This document shows, in pieces, positions 50,096 to 57,851 of a stretch of DNA of 64,000 bases (the first letter of the stretch is position 1; each line of letters begins with the position of its first letter). Where the stretch lies: assembly GCA_049517335.1 (NCBI GenBank), contig JBEKSD010000003.1, forward strand, positions 45,553 through 109,552, in the 5' to 3' direction. The translations under genes and the position numbers were made by a program. Source of the stretch: Candidatus Omnitrophota bacterium (GTDB lineage Bacteria > Omnitrophota > Gorgyraeia > Gygaellales > Profunditerraquicolaceae). The notes under the pieces were generated by a model. That model was not told the DNA's origin and did no database searches. It saw only the letters and a program-made list of their open reading frames with translations.

Positions 50096-50698
50096 TTACC
50101 TTTTTCTTCTGATAAATTTTCTTATTACTTCGTTAAGATTTATTCCCAAACCAAAAAAATTTGGTTTTAATTCAAGCATATCGACATTATCACCGATTTT
50201 AGTTTTAATTTTCCCTTTCCTACCAACAAAATCCTCTAAACGTCCTGCGAGATTTGATAGGTCTCTCATATCAATAGCCATGCCTCGACCTTGTTCATAT
50301 AATTCTTCAACTAATCTAAAGTTTTTATTGTCGTAATCTTTATCCTCATATCTATTATGCCAAATTTCACCATAGCGAATATCGAGATCCGTGGCTGTTT
50401 TATATAAATTCCTAATTCTTTTCACGTGATGAACTTTAACTTCCTGTTGTATCTCACTTAGTATTTCAGAGATTTCTTTAATACTTGTATCATAAAATTT
50501 TAAGGAATATTGTACTATACCTTGAAAGTCACTGTCTACTTTTTTCCAATATTCTAATTCTTTAAGTTTTCGAATATTTTTAGAAATAATTGTAGTAACT
50601 TCTTCAAGATTCTTAATCCATACCTGTAAGTCAAGAAACATATCATCAAAGGTCTGATGAGAATAATCTGTCATTCCCGCTATCATTGACCTACTCAT
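50096..50698 (-). CDS. Hypothetical helical protein
   Basis: AAGGAG RBS; C-terminal LELKPNFFGLGINLN. Confidence 0.65.
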   Translation of the reverse strand: MSRSMIAGMTDYSHQTFDDMFLDLQVWIKNLEEVTTIISKNIRKLKELEYWKKVDSDFQGIVQYSLKFYDTSIKEISEILSEIQQEVKVHHVKRIRNLYKTATDLDIRYGEIWHNRYEDKDYDNKNFRLVEELYEQGRGMAIDMRDLSNLAGRLEDFVGRKGKIKTKIGDNVDMLELKPNFFGLGINLNEVIRKFIRRKR

Positions 50699-50757
50699 TT
50701 TTACTCCTTATAATTTTCAAGTTTTGAAGTTAAAGTTTGATTAGTTTGAAGTCTTGA

Positions 50758-50982
50758 TTATTTTCTGAAAAGTAAATAAAAAATTATTAAAAAGACGATA
50801 AACGGTATAATCAGAGGAAAACCATATTTTTGAATCTGATTAAGCGAAGGCTTAACAATTAGCCCTTCCCTTTCCTTTTTCCTTGCTTCATTTAAATCCT
50901 TATTAATTTGCCAAAATACACCTATAATTGTTACTATAGCAGTTACAGCCGCAATTATCAGACCCCAAACTGGTATTGTCAT
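50758..50982 (-). CDS. Small 2-TM membrane protein
   Basis: Two hydrophobic segments; GAGG RBS. Confidence 0.6.
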   Translation of the reverse strand: MTIPVWGLIIAAVTAIVTIIGVFWQINKDLNEARKKEREGLIVKPSLNQIQKYGFPLIIPFIVFLIIFYLLFRK

Positions 50983-51018
50983 TCCTTTGATTCCTCGGTA
51001 TCCCTTACTTCAATTGTA

Positions 51019-52137
51019 TTAGCTATTTCTTATGCTTTTAAAATTTTCTACATACTCAGCTAAATCATGATAACTTTTCATTTTGAAGTTCCTAAATATT
51101 GACTTATATCTCTCTGGAATTAGACTGCCTCTTTTAAACATTTCAGGATTTACAACATCTATCTCAAAATTCGCATCCTCATAGTAATGTATTTGTCTGA
51201 ATAGCCATTCAGTATAAAAATCTGTTGGTGGAAAAGAATACCCAATAAAAACAATGCGTTTAGTATATGCAAGCTTTTCACGAGTAAGAAGCCAAAGCTT
51301 ATGTAGAAAATTATCCTGATATACGAGCTTATTAGAAACGGGCGGGATAATGCCTATAGCTGTTTTTTCCTGCCCACAAGACTGACATCTTCGAGAATTT
51401 TTTGAAGCAAATCCTGGAAACTTCCTATTTCTCGTTAAAGGGGATAGGGCGGGCTTTTTGTAGCTCTTGCATTGTCTATTTTGACAAACTATCCAATTAA
51501 ATGAACCATGCAACTTTAAAAATAACCCTCGCCTCTTATATTGTTCAATATTTATATTTTTGTCCTTCATTATTCTTATGTAATTCTTAAATTGGGAAGT
51601 TTTAAGGATTGCCAACGTAGTATCGGCTATAGTATCCCAATTAAAAGAGATGATAGTATCACGGGGTTTAAGTTTAGAAAATAAGCTTATTAAGTGTTCA
51701 CAATGTTGCCCTTCACAACGAATAGTTAACATTAAAGTAATAAAATCTATAAGGGATTTTTTAGCTTTTGAGAAAACTGAACCATACCTATCTCCTTTTC
51801 GCAGCATCTTCTCACCAACATCAAGAAAGGTAAAAACCTCTTCTATATTAATATTTTCCCACTCTTTTGGTTCAAATGATTCTATATTATTTTTTAATCC
51901 CCAACCATAAACTAGAAAATTATTTGTCCCCTCATATGTCATACCAAGAGAGTTTATAAGTCTTTCAGAATGTACATCAGTTTTCTTTTGTAGGAATAAA
52001 TCGTAAAAGAAATTCTTCGCTGAAGGCATCTTTGAAAGAGATTCCCTCCAACTATCCTCAATTGGGTATCTTTTTGCACCCATGGTAGCCCCATTACCTA
52101 AAACAAGCATTGTATTATTACACCCAGCAATACTCAT
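51019..52137 (-). CDS. SIR2-like (SIR2_2) protein with zinc ribbon
   Basis: VLGNGA, ISFNWD, LKLHGS, CxxxxC...CxxC, IIPP, FIGYSF. Confidence 0.85.
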   Translation of the reverse strand: MSIAGCNNTMLVLGNGATMGAKRYPIEDSWRESLSKMPSAKNFFYDLFLQKKTDVHSERLINSLGMTYEGTNNFLVYGWGLKNNIESFEPKEWENINIEEVFTFLDVGEKMLRKGDRYGSVFSKAKKSLIDFITLMLTIRCEGQHCEHLISLFSKLKPRDTIISFNWDTIADTTLAILKTSQFKNYIRIMKDKNINIEQYKRRGLFLKLHGSFNWIVCQNRQCKSYKKPALSPLTRNRKFPGFASKNSRRCQSCGQEKTAIGIIPPVSNKLVYQDNFLHKLWLLTREKLAYTKRIVFIGYSFPPTDFYTEWLFRQIHYYEDANFEIDVVNPEMFKRGSLIPERYKSIFRNFKMKSYHDLAEYVENFKSIRNS

Positions 52138-52156
52138 ATCTTTATAATTATCATTA

Positions 52157-52924
52157 TCATGATTTATCCATGGGCATTGAATTTACCATTTCGACTACAG
52201 CGTCAAAAGTAGCCCATCCCCTTTGTTCTTTAACAACAGTATCAATGCAATATTTAATCGTTGTTACATCATATTGTTTAAGCAATTGACCAATAAATCC
52301 TTCAGAAGCCTCTTTCCAATCTTGAGGGCGTTTTCTATTCCAATAATTTATTACTTCACGAGTATCCTTATGCGATGTATCGCCCGTTAATTCTGCTTTC
52401 CAATTATGCAATATGCCGCACATATAACTGAACCTTTTTTCAACATTTTCCTTGGTAATCTTTGGAAACTTATTACAGGCTATCTCAATAGCTTCTTTAA
52501 TTTTCTCAGGTGGAAGGAATTTTAGAAACTTCCTAATACTTACTTTTCCGCTTTCAGATAGTGAGAATTTATAATTATCCTTTAAATTCCAATAACTATT
52601 AACTTCTTCAACTTGTTTCTCTAAACTCTTTGTTACTTGTTTTAAGAATTTCCTGTATTCTTCTAACTGCAACCTACCTTCTTCCAACTTAGCGTTTTCT
52701 TCGGAATAATCAATCTTACTACCTATCTTGGATAGAAGAACCTTCCCCTTACCCTTGTTGCAATCAAAACATGAAGTAACATAATTTGACATATCTTCTT
52801 TTCCACCCTCACAAACTGGTATTATGTGGTCTACCTCAAGTATGGCGACAGGAGGAATTCTGCCGCAGTATTTACAGGTAAAGTTATCTCTTTTAAAAAC
52901 CTCAAACCTTAATTTTTTATTCAT
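52157..52924 (-). CDS. HNH endonuclease with C-terminal helical domain
   Basis: LRFEVFKRDNFTCKYCG...LEVDHIIP...GG....N...SCFDCN.GK. Confidence 0.88.
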   Translation of the reverse strand: MNKKLRFEVFKRDNFTCKYCGRIPPVAILEVDHIIPVCEGGKEDMSNYVTSCFDCNKGKGKVLLSKIGSKIDYSEENAKLEEGRLQLEEYRKFLKQVTKSLEKQVEEVNSYWNLKDNYKFSLSESGKVSIRKFLKFLPPEKIKEAIEIACNKFPKITKENVEKRFSYMCGILHNWKAELTGDTSHKDTREVINYWNRKRPQDWKEASEGFIGQLLKQYDVTTIKYCIDTVVKEQRGWATFDAVVEMVNSMPMDKS

Positions 52925-52931
52925 TTACTAC

Positions 52932-53153
52932 CTAACGTAAAGATTCAATAACCCGTGTAAGCACTTGCCCAAATCTTTCATCAGCAGCCCAATCGTGAAT
53001 ATCGCCAATGATTCCATCAGGATACTTCTCTTTAAATTTACCCTCTAATTCCTTTGGAACCTCAGTAGCAACAATGTTTGTTTTCTCTAATTTTAACCGT
53101 ATAAAACCAAAGTTTGGAATAAAAACCATTCTTTTTTCCATAATAGCCTCCAT
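52932..53153 (-). CDS. Small hypothetical protein
   Basis: Intact ORF in the operon; GGAGG RBS suggests a start at the second Met. Confidence 0.55.
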   Translation of the reverse strand: MEAIMEKRMVFIPNFGFIRLKLEKTNIVATEVPKELEGKFKEKYPDGIIGDIHDWAADERFGQVLTRVIESLR

Positions 53154-53186
53154 AAAAAAGGCAACCCTTTATTTAGAAAGTTGACC

Positions 53187-53504
53187 TTATTTATTTGTAT
53201 CACTAATTTTAAGTAACAGTATAATAAACAAAACCGCAACAACTAAATCAATGAGCTTCCATGTTGATTTATTTAAATAAACAGGAAATATCGGGTTAAA
53301 TAAAAAAGCAGACAATCCAGTTATTATCATCCATCTTGTTTTCTTAAATTTATAAGCTAGTATACATATTAGACCGCTTGTAATGAATATAACTAGACGA
53401 AGTAATACGTAATAACTATAAGGAAATCTGGCTATTAAACAAAGAAGTAACATTACTATTGAAACAATTAATAAAATCTTTATTAATGCGGCATTTTGCT
53501 TCAT
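53187..53504 (-). CDS. Small membrane protein (DUF6804-like)
   Basis: PYSYYVLLR...LFNPIFPVYL...W..ID motif. Confidence 0.65.
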   Translation of the reverse strand: MKQNAALIKILLIVSIVMLLLCLIARFPYSYYVLLRLVIFITSGLICILAYKFKKTRWMIITGLSAFLFNPIFPVYLNKSTWKLIDLVVAVLFIILLLKISDTNK

Positions 53505-53514
53505 GATTGATTAA

Positions 53515-54378
53515 CTAAAAGAAAAACCACGTTCTATTCCTAATAATTGGTATAACAAGTATTAATATAGGCAAAATTATCAATATCCCAATGATTTTAA
53601 GTTTGCGATACTTCGCATTTTTATTCTTAATAGCCTCTATTGCGTAATAAAAAGCTACTATAATTATAGCCCATATCATTACAAGCCCGAAGACCCTAGT
53701 AATAATCTTTAACAAACCTTTTCCTTCATCTCCGGTAAACATAGCTATAAGCGAATCTAACCAAAATTGTCTTGTAGTTAAAAATTTCGTAGCATCATAT
53801 ATTTGGATTATAGAAAAATCTAGTAGGAATTTAAAAACAGAATAAGTAGCTATTGCGATTAAAACCCAAAGCCTTTTTGAAATGCCCCAAAGGGTAAAGT
53901 TAACTTCATCCCTTATATCTCCAAAATCACTTCTTTTAGCGTAGGAATAACCGCAGTAAGCTCCTATAAATGTAGCAGCAATATGGGATATCAAGCTAAA
54001 TTTATTTAGTGGTGACGCCGCAATCCAATAATCTGTTAACTCAGAAAAGCTAAATCCACCTTTTAGAAAAGGTAAAAAAAGAATAACTGGTAGAGCAAAT
54101 CTTCCCAAAAATCCAAAAGCTAAATAGAAAAACAAGTTAAATTTCCTGAACCAATATGCAAATATGCCAACTATAACTGATACAGTAAAGAAACTATAGA
54201 TAACTCCTAATATACTTAAAATCCATTCTTGTAAACCTGATACTATTAGACCTTCTTTTGCGCAAGCATTGAGAAAATCGTTAATTCTTATAGGCGCTGC
54301 GGAAGCATAATAAAGAAATAAGAATGAGCAAAACAAAATAGCAAATATCAATTGTTTGTTATTCTTAATTTTTTCCAT
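53515..54378 (-). CDS. Multi-pass membrane protein, unknown function
   Basis: About 6-7 hydrophobic segments. Confidence 0.65.
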   Translation of the reverse strand: MEKIKNNKQLIFAILFCSFLFLYYASAAPIRINDFLNACAKEGLIVSGLQEWILSILGVIYSFFTVSVIVGIFAYWFRKFNLFFYLAFGFLGRFALPVILFLPFLKGGFSFSELTDYWIAASPLNKFSLISHIAATFIGAYCGYSYAKRSDFGDIRDEVNFTLWGISKRLWVLIAIATYSVFKFLLDFSIIQIYDATKFLTTRQFWLDSLIAMFTGDEGKGLLKIITRVFGLVMIWAIIIVAFYYAIEAIKNKNAKYRKLKIIGILIILPILILVIPIIRNRTWFFF

Positions 54379-54534
54379 GGCAATTACTCTACCGTATATT
54401 GAACATTAACAAAATCAGCCTTTATTAATTATACCACTTCCGTTTCAAAAATGGTTAAGATCTCATTATGCTTCATCACTCCTGTAATGCGAAATTAGAA
54501 TATATCCTACCCCCTTACTCAATTATAATAAATC

Positions 54535-54664
54535 CAGCATTACCCATCTGTATAAGTAAACTGGCGGGAGAATCTGTCATAGATTAATCTGACTAATGGT
54601 CAATCATACTAAACTCAGCATCACCCATCTGTATAAGTAAACGGACTCGAAAAGTCTGTCATAG
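54535..54664. repeat. Two-copy ~48-bp imperfect direct repeat (81-bp period)
   Basis: CAGCATYACCCATCTGTATAAGTAAAC-N11/12-TCTGTCATAG at 54535-54582 and 54616-54664. Confidence 0.85.
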
Positions 54665-54828
54665 AGTATCCCGTATCAATATCAGGTAATTTCCAGCTAA
54701 ACCCAGATAATCCCAAGGTTTAAAGCTAAATCAGGCGGTTTTTGGTTAAAATAAGCTCTCTCCCGCAAGTTTAGGCTCTAACCCCCATAGACCCCCTAAT
54801 CCCCAGCGTTAGTTTCATAATCAGCACT

Positions 54829-55017
54829 CTAGTGGTGGGTTTTACCAGCTAGCGAATGATTTTTACCACCTATGCCTGCACGATTAGGGTTCTTACCAAA
54901 CCGATACGTATATAATGAGCAGGTTTCAGAATCGCAAAGCCTGACTAAAGAAGGTCTGCCTCCAACACATTCCAGACACTTTGCTCTGATTGCTTTCACT
55001 GGTGTTAAGCATTTCAT
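54829..55017 (-). CDS. Small Cys-rich phage/MGE-type protein
   Basis: TPVKAIRAKCLECVGG....VRLC....CSLYTYRFGKNP; AAGGAGG RBS before ATG 55017. Confidence 0.7.
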   Translation of the reverse strand: MKCLTPVKAIRAKCLECVGGRPSLVRLCDSETCSLYTYRFGKNPNRAGIGGKNHSLAGKTHH

Positions 55018-55138
55018 TCTACGTAAACCTCCTTCATTGATTGGACTAAACAATAATCCGTAGACATCATTGCTTGCAGTAACAAACCTTACAGCAGCAA
55101 ATACTGGGCATGACAGAAGTCTGGGAAGCTGACACGCA

Positions 55139-55276
55139 ATAACTCATTAAATTACTCATAAAGACACAATTACTCACAAGACCCCCCCTAGACTCAAATT
55201 AACTCATATGTGTAACTATGAACAAAATAGCAACAAAACTAGTTGTTACACAATATGTATAACAGTAGTTACACAT
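55139..55276. repeat. Repeat-rich putative replication origin
   Basis: ATTACTCA(T/C)A(A)AGAC x2, further ACTCA units, and a perfect 11-bp IR ATGTGTAACTA (55208)/TAGTTACACAT (55266). Confidence 0.5.
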
Positions 55277-55980
55277 TATTGTGTAGCGGGATTTGGGGTT
55301 ACAGGAGTTTTCCAGCATAGAAACCTGTATCCATTAGCCTTTCCTGAAAAAGTGCCCCTTTTACCCTTAACTACCTTTTGAAGCATACCTTCACTGATTA
55401 AATCCTCTATTCTTCTAACAATAGTCATTGGTTCAATTCTTTGTCCATCATTATCCCTTATCATTGCCGCTATCTTTCTGTAGCCGATATATATAATTTC
55501 ACCTGTTTGTTTTTCTAGCTGGAATCTTCTGATATTCTTCAGTATCCAATACATTACATAACCATCTGGGCCTTTATAACGTGCCTCTAGGAAATGCCTT
55601 GCTTCCTCAAAATCAAAAGGGTTCTCTTGAGTGGACTGCTTATAAGAACACTCTTTCAATATGCGGAAGGTGCATTTTTCTTCCGGCTCAATGCAGTAAC
55701 TTTCTAAAGCCTTACAGCCAATGTTACATTCGTGCTTATCTGTCCATTCAACAAAATCAAGAAGCTGCCTCTTTTGTTCATTGTATGCAAGCGGCTTCTC
55801 GCATCTCTGGTTCCACTCTAGGAGTTTATCTTTAACCTCTGATGAACTAAAGCCAATCCTTTTTAGCTCAACAATGATTGCAAAGCTCATCTTACGAAAC
55901 TCATTACCTCTCTTAGCGCCTTGTTCAAAGCAAATCTTTACGCAATCGCGAAGATTATTAAGGTCTTTTTTATCTTCCAT
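55276..55980 (-). CDS. Rep-like protein: primase C-terminal (PriCT/PriL-CTD-like) domain plus winged helix
   Basis: G.RN.....I..ELKRIG......KLLEWN.RC.KPL...E; Cys cluster; YRKIA...TIVRRIEDL...G.L...G...ANGYRF wHTH. Confidence 0.6.
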   Translation of the reverse strand: MEDKKDLNNLRDCVKICFEQGAKRGNEFRKMSFAIIVELKRIGFSSSEVKDKLLEWNQRCEKPLAYNEQKRQLLDFVEWTDKHECNIGCKALESYCIEPEEKCTFRILKECSYKQSTQENPFDFEEARHFLEARYKGPDGYVMYWILKNIRRFQLEKQTGEIIYIGYRKIAAMIRDNDGQRIEPMTIVRRIEDLISEGMLQKVVKGKRGTFSGKANGYRFLCWKTPVTPNPATQ

Positions 55981-56017
55981 ATCGATTTAATCCGCTATTG
56001 CCTGTTAAAAATAAAAC

Positions 56018-56038
56018 ATGGCATAGAAATTGGCATAA
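56018..56038 (+). repeat. Putative integrase arm-type sites (right)
   Basis: ATGGCATAG and TTGGCATAA with a 12-bp period. Confidence 0.6.
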
Positions 56039-56170
56039 AAAATAAAGAAATAGACCAATTCTACGGTTGATTAACTCTACGCAACTTTGTTTAATTTAAG
56101 TGGAATTATAGACGAGATACTGACGAGAATATTACAATGAAAGGAAAAATCCGAATAAGGGCTTGAAGAA

Positions 56171-56187
56171 TCCCTCCCTCGGCATTA
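56171..56187 (+). repeat. att core (distal): duplicated tRNA-Leu 3' end
   Basis: TCCCTCCCTCGGCATTA. Confidence 0.92.
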
Positions 56188-56193
56188 ACTCAA

Positions 56194-56210
56194 CCCGGCT
56201 CTTAGCCGGG
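56194..56210 (+). terminator. Hairpin terminator (likely the original tRNA-Leu terminator, displaced by the island)
   Basis: CCCGGCT-CTT-AGCCGGG followed by CTTATTTTTT. Confidence 0.6.
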
Positions 56211-56211
56211 C

Positions 56212-56829
56212 TTATTTTTTTAGATAAAGCGCTGTCTTATTTTGAATCCTGAGGGCAATTTCCCTGTAACCTGCGGCATTGGGATGGAGAAAATCGCTCT
56301 TCATTGAAGGATTAGTGATAATCTTGTCAAGGATACTTGGAATGAATATCGCTTTTTTCCTGGCGGCTATTCGTGCAAAGAGACCCCGGTAACGCCCCAT
56401 AAACATGCCTGCGCTTATATCTATAAGTGCCACCATTGCGCCTTGAGCCTGTATTCTATCAATCATCTCTTCGGTATTCCTGGTGGTTACTTCTTCAGGA
56501 ACATTCTTTATGAAATCGTTACCTCCAAATTCAATCAATACCAGATAAGGGTCTTTTTGTAATACGTCACTATCCAGACGTTCCAGCCCTTCAGTTGAGG
56601 TGTCGCCGCTTACCCCGGCATTTATCACCGGCATATCTATCAATTTACCCAACTGTGTAGGGAAATCTTCTCCGGTATTTGCCCCATAGCCGAATGTTAT
56701 ACTATCCCCAAAACAAATTATATTCTTACCCCTAGAAGCGGTATTCGCTATTTCTCTTTTTGTGCAACCGATTAACCCAAGAACGCATAAACTTACGAAC
56801 ACGAGAATCAAGAATCTATTTCTTTTCAT
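56212..56829 (-). CDS. SGNH/GDSL arylesterase (TesA-like) lipoprotein
   Basis: Lipobox LIGC; FGDSIT, NAGVSG, GGND, DFLHPN. Confidence 0.9.
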   Translation of the reverse strand: MKRNRFLILVFVSLCVLGLIGCTKREIANTASRGKNIICFGDSITFGYGANTGEDFPTQLGKLIDMPVINAGVSGDTSTEGLERLDSDVLQKDPYLVLIEFGGNDFIKNVPEEVTTRNTEEMIDRIQAQGAMVALIDISAGMFMGRYRGLFARIAARKKAIFIPSILDKIITNPSMKSDFLHPNAAGYREIALRIQNKTALYLKK

Positions 56830-57847
56830 GCCTTAGCCTCAATTGCCCGCAGGCTGCCTCGATATCTTCTCCCCGCGGTTTCCTTAACGTCGCATGCAAG
56901 CCATGCTTCATCAAGTAATCCTTAAACAAGATGATTTCCTGCCTTGGGGGCGGCTCGATATTTAATTCTTTAACAGGATTAGCCGGGATAAGGTTTACCT
57001 TAACTAATTTAAGCTCCTTCAATAGCTTAACCAATTTTTGCGCACTTTCAAGGCTAGAATTCATTCCTTTAATCAAAATATATTCAAAAGTAATCTGCCT
57101 GCCGGTCTTATTTATGAAATCTGCGCAAGCGGCGATCAAATCTTCTAAAGGATAAATTCTATTAACCGGCATAAGCAGTGAGCGCACTTTATCTTCAGCA
57201 GAATGTAACGAAATGGATAACTCAATTTGCAGGCCTTCCTGCGCCAATCTTTCTATCCCCGGGATAACTCCGCTTGTAGAAATAGTAATGCGCCGGGAAC
57301 CAATACCTAAGGCATCGGGTGAATTAATCATTCTCACTGCCTTCATTAAAGAATCGTAATTATCCAAAGGCTCGCCCGTGCCCATAAATACAATATGGGT
57401 TATTTTCTTTGGTCGAATTTGTCTATTCAGGAATAAAACCTCCTCTATTATTTCTCCTGAAGTCAAATTCCTCTCAAAGCCGGCAATGCCGCTGGCGCAG
57501 AAAGAACAGGCGTATTTACAGCCGACCTGGGTTGAAATACAGGCAGTAATGCGCTTTTCCGAAGGGATGAGTACCGACTCGATAAGCTCGTCGTCTTTTA
57601 AGGCAAAGAGGAATTTTTGCGTCCCGTCATGAGATTTGGAAGCCTTAATCAGCTTTAAATCAAATATGCTAAATTCGTTTTTAAGGCTCGTGCGCAAAAA
57701 TACAGGCAGGTTGCTCATTAAGTCAAAATCAACAGCGCCTTTTTTGTAAACCCAGGAAAATATTTGTTTGGCGTGGAATATTGCTTCTTCCCGGTCGAGT
57801 ATAAAATGCTCAAGCTCGCCTAAAGATAATTCCGTAATACTGCCCAT
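56816..57847 (-). CDS. rlmN: 23S rRNA A2503 C2-methyltransferase
   Basis: CISTQVGCKYACSFC, MGTGEP, ISLH, AACGQL. Confidence 0.95.
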   Translation of the reverse strand: MGSITELSLGELEHFILDREEAIFHAKQIFSWVYKKGAVDFDLMSNLPVFLRTSLKNEFSIFDLKLIKASKSHDGTQKFLFALKDDELIESVLIPSEKRITACISTQVGCKYACSFCASGIAGFERNLTSGEIIEEVLFLNRQIRPKKITHIVFMGTGEPLDNYDSLMKAVRMINSPDALGIGSRRITISTSGVIPGIERLAQEGLQIELSISLHSAEDKVRSLLMPVNRIYPLEDLIAACADFINKTGRQITFEYILIKGMNSSLESAQKLVKLLKELKLVKVNLIPANPVKELNIEPPPRQEIILFKDYLMKHGLHATLRKPRGEDIEAACGQLRLRHEKK

Positions 57848-57851
57848 ATTT

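Larger units (their letters stand above)
43614..56187. mobile_element. tRNA-Leu-integrated element (~12.6 kb; IME/satellite-like genomic island)
   Basis: 17-bp duplication of the tRNA 3' end, adjacent tyrosine integrase and excisionase, resolvase, Rep-like gene, visibly more AT-rich than the flanks. Confidence 0.92.

Noticed and set aside
48819-54378. Integron cassette array
   Set aside because: The genes are co-oriented, but the intergenic gaps are short and lack RYYYAAC...GTTRRRY attC structures, and the integrase lacks the IntI-specific insertion.
54535-54664. CRISPR or TIGR array
   Set aside because: Only two units, an 81-bp period, no palindromic repeat core, and no cas1/cas2 or Nop-domain gene. 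The RecB/Cas4-like nuclease alone is not evidence.
43614-56187. Prophage
   Set aside because: No terminase, portal, capsid, tail or lysis genes are recognisable, so it is called an integrative element instead.
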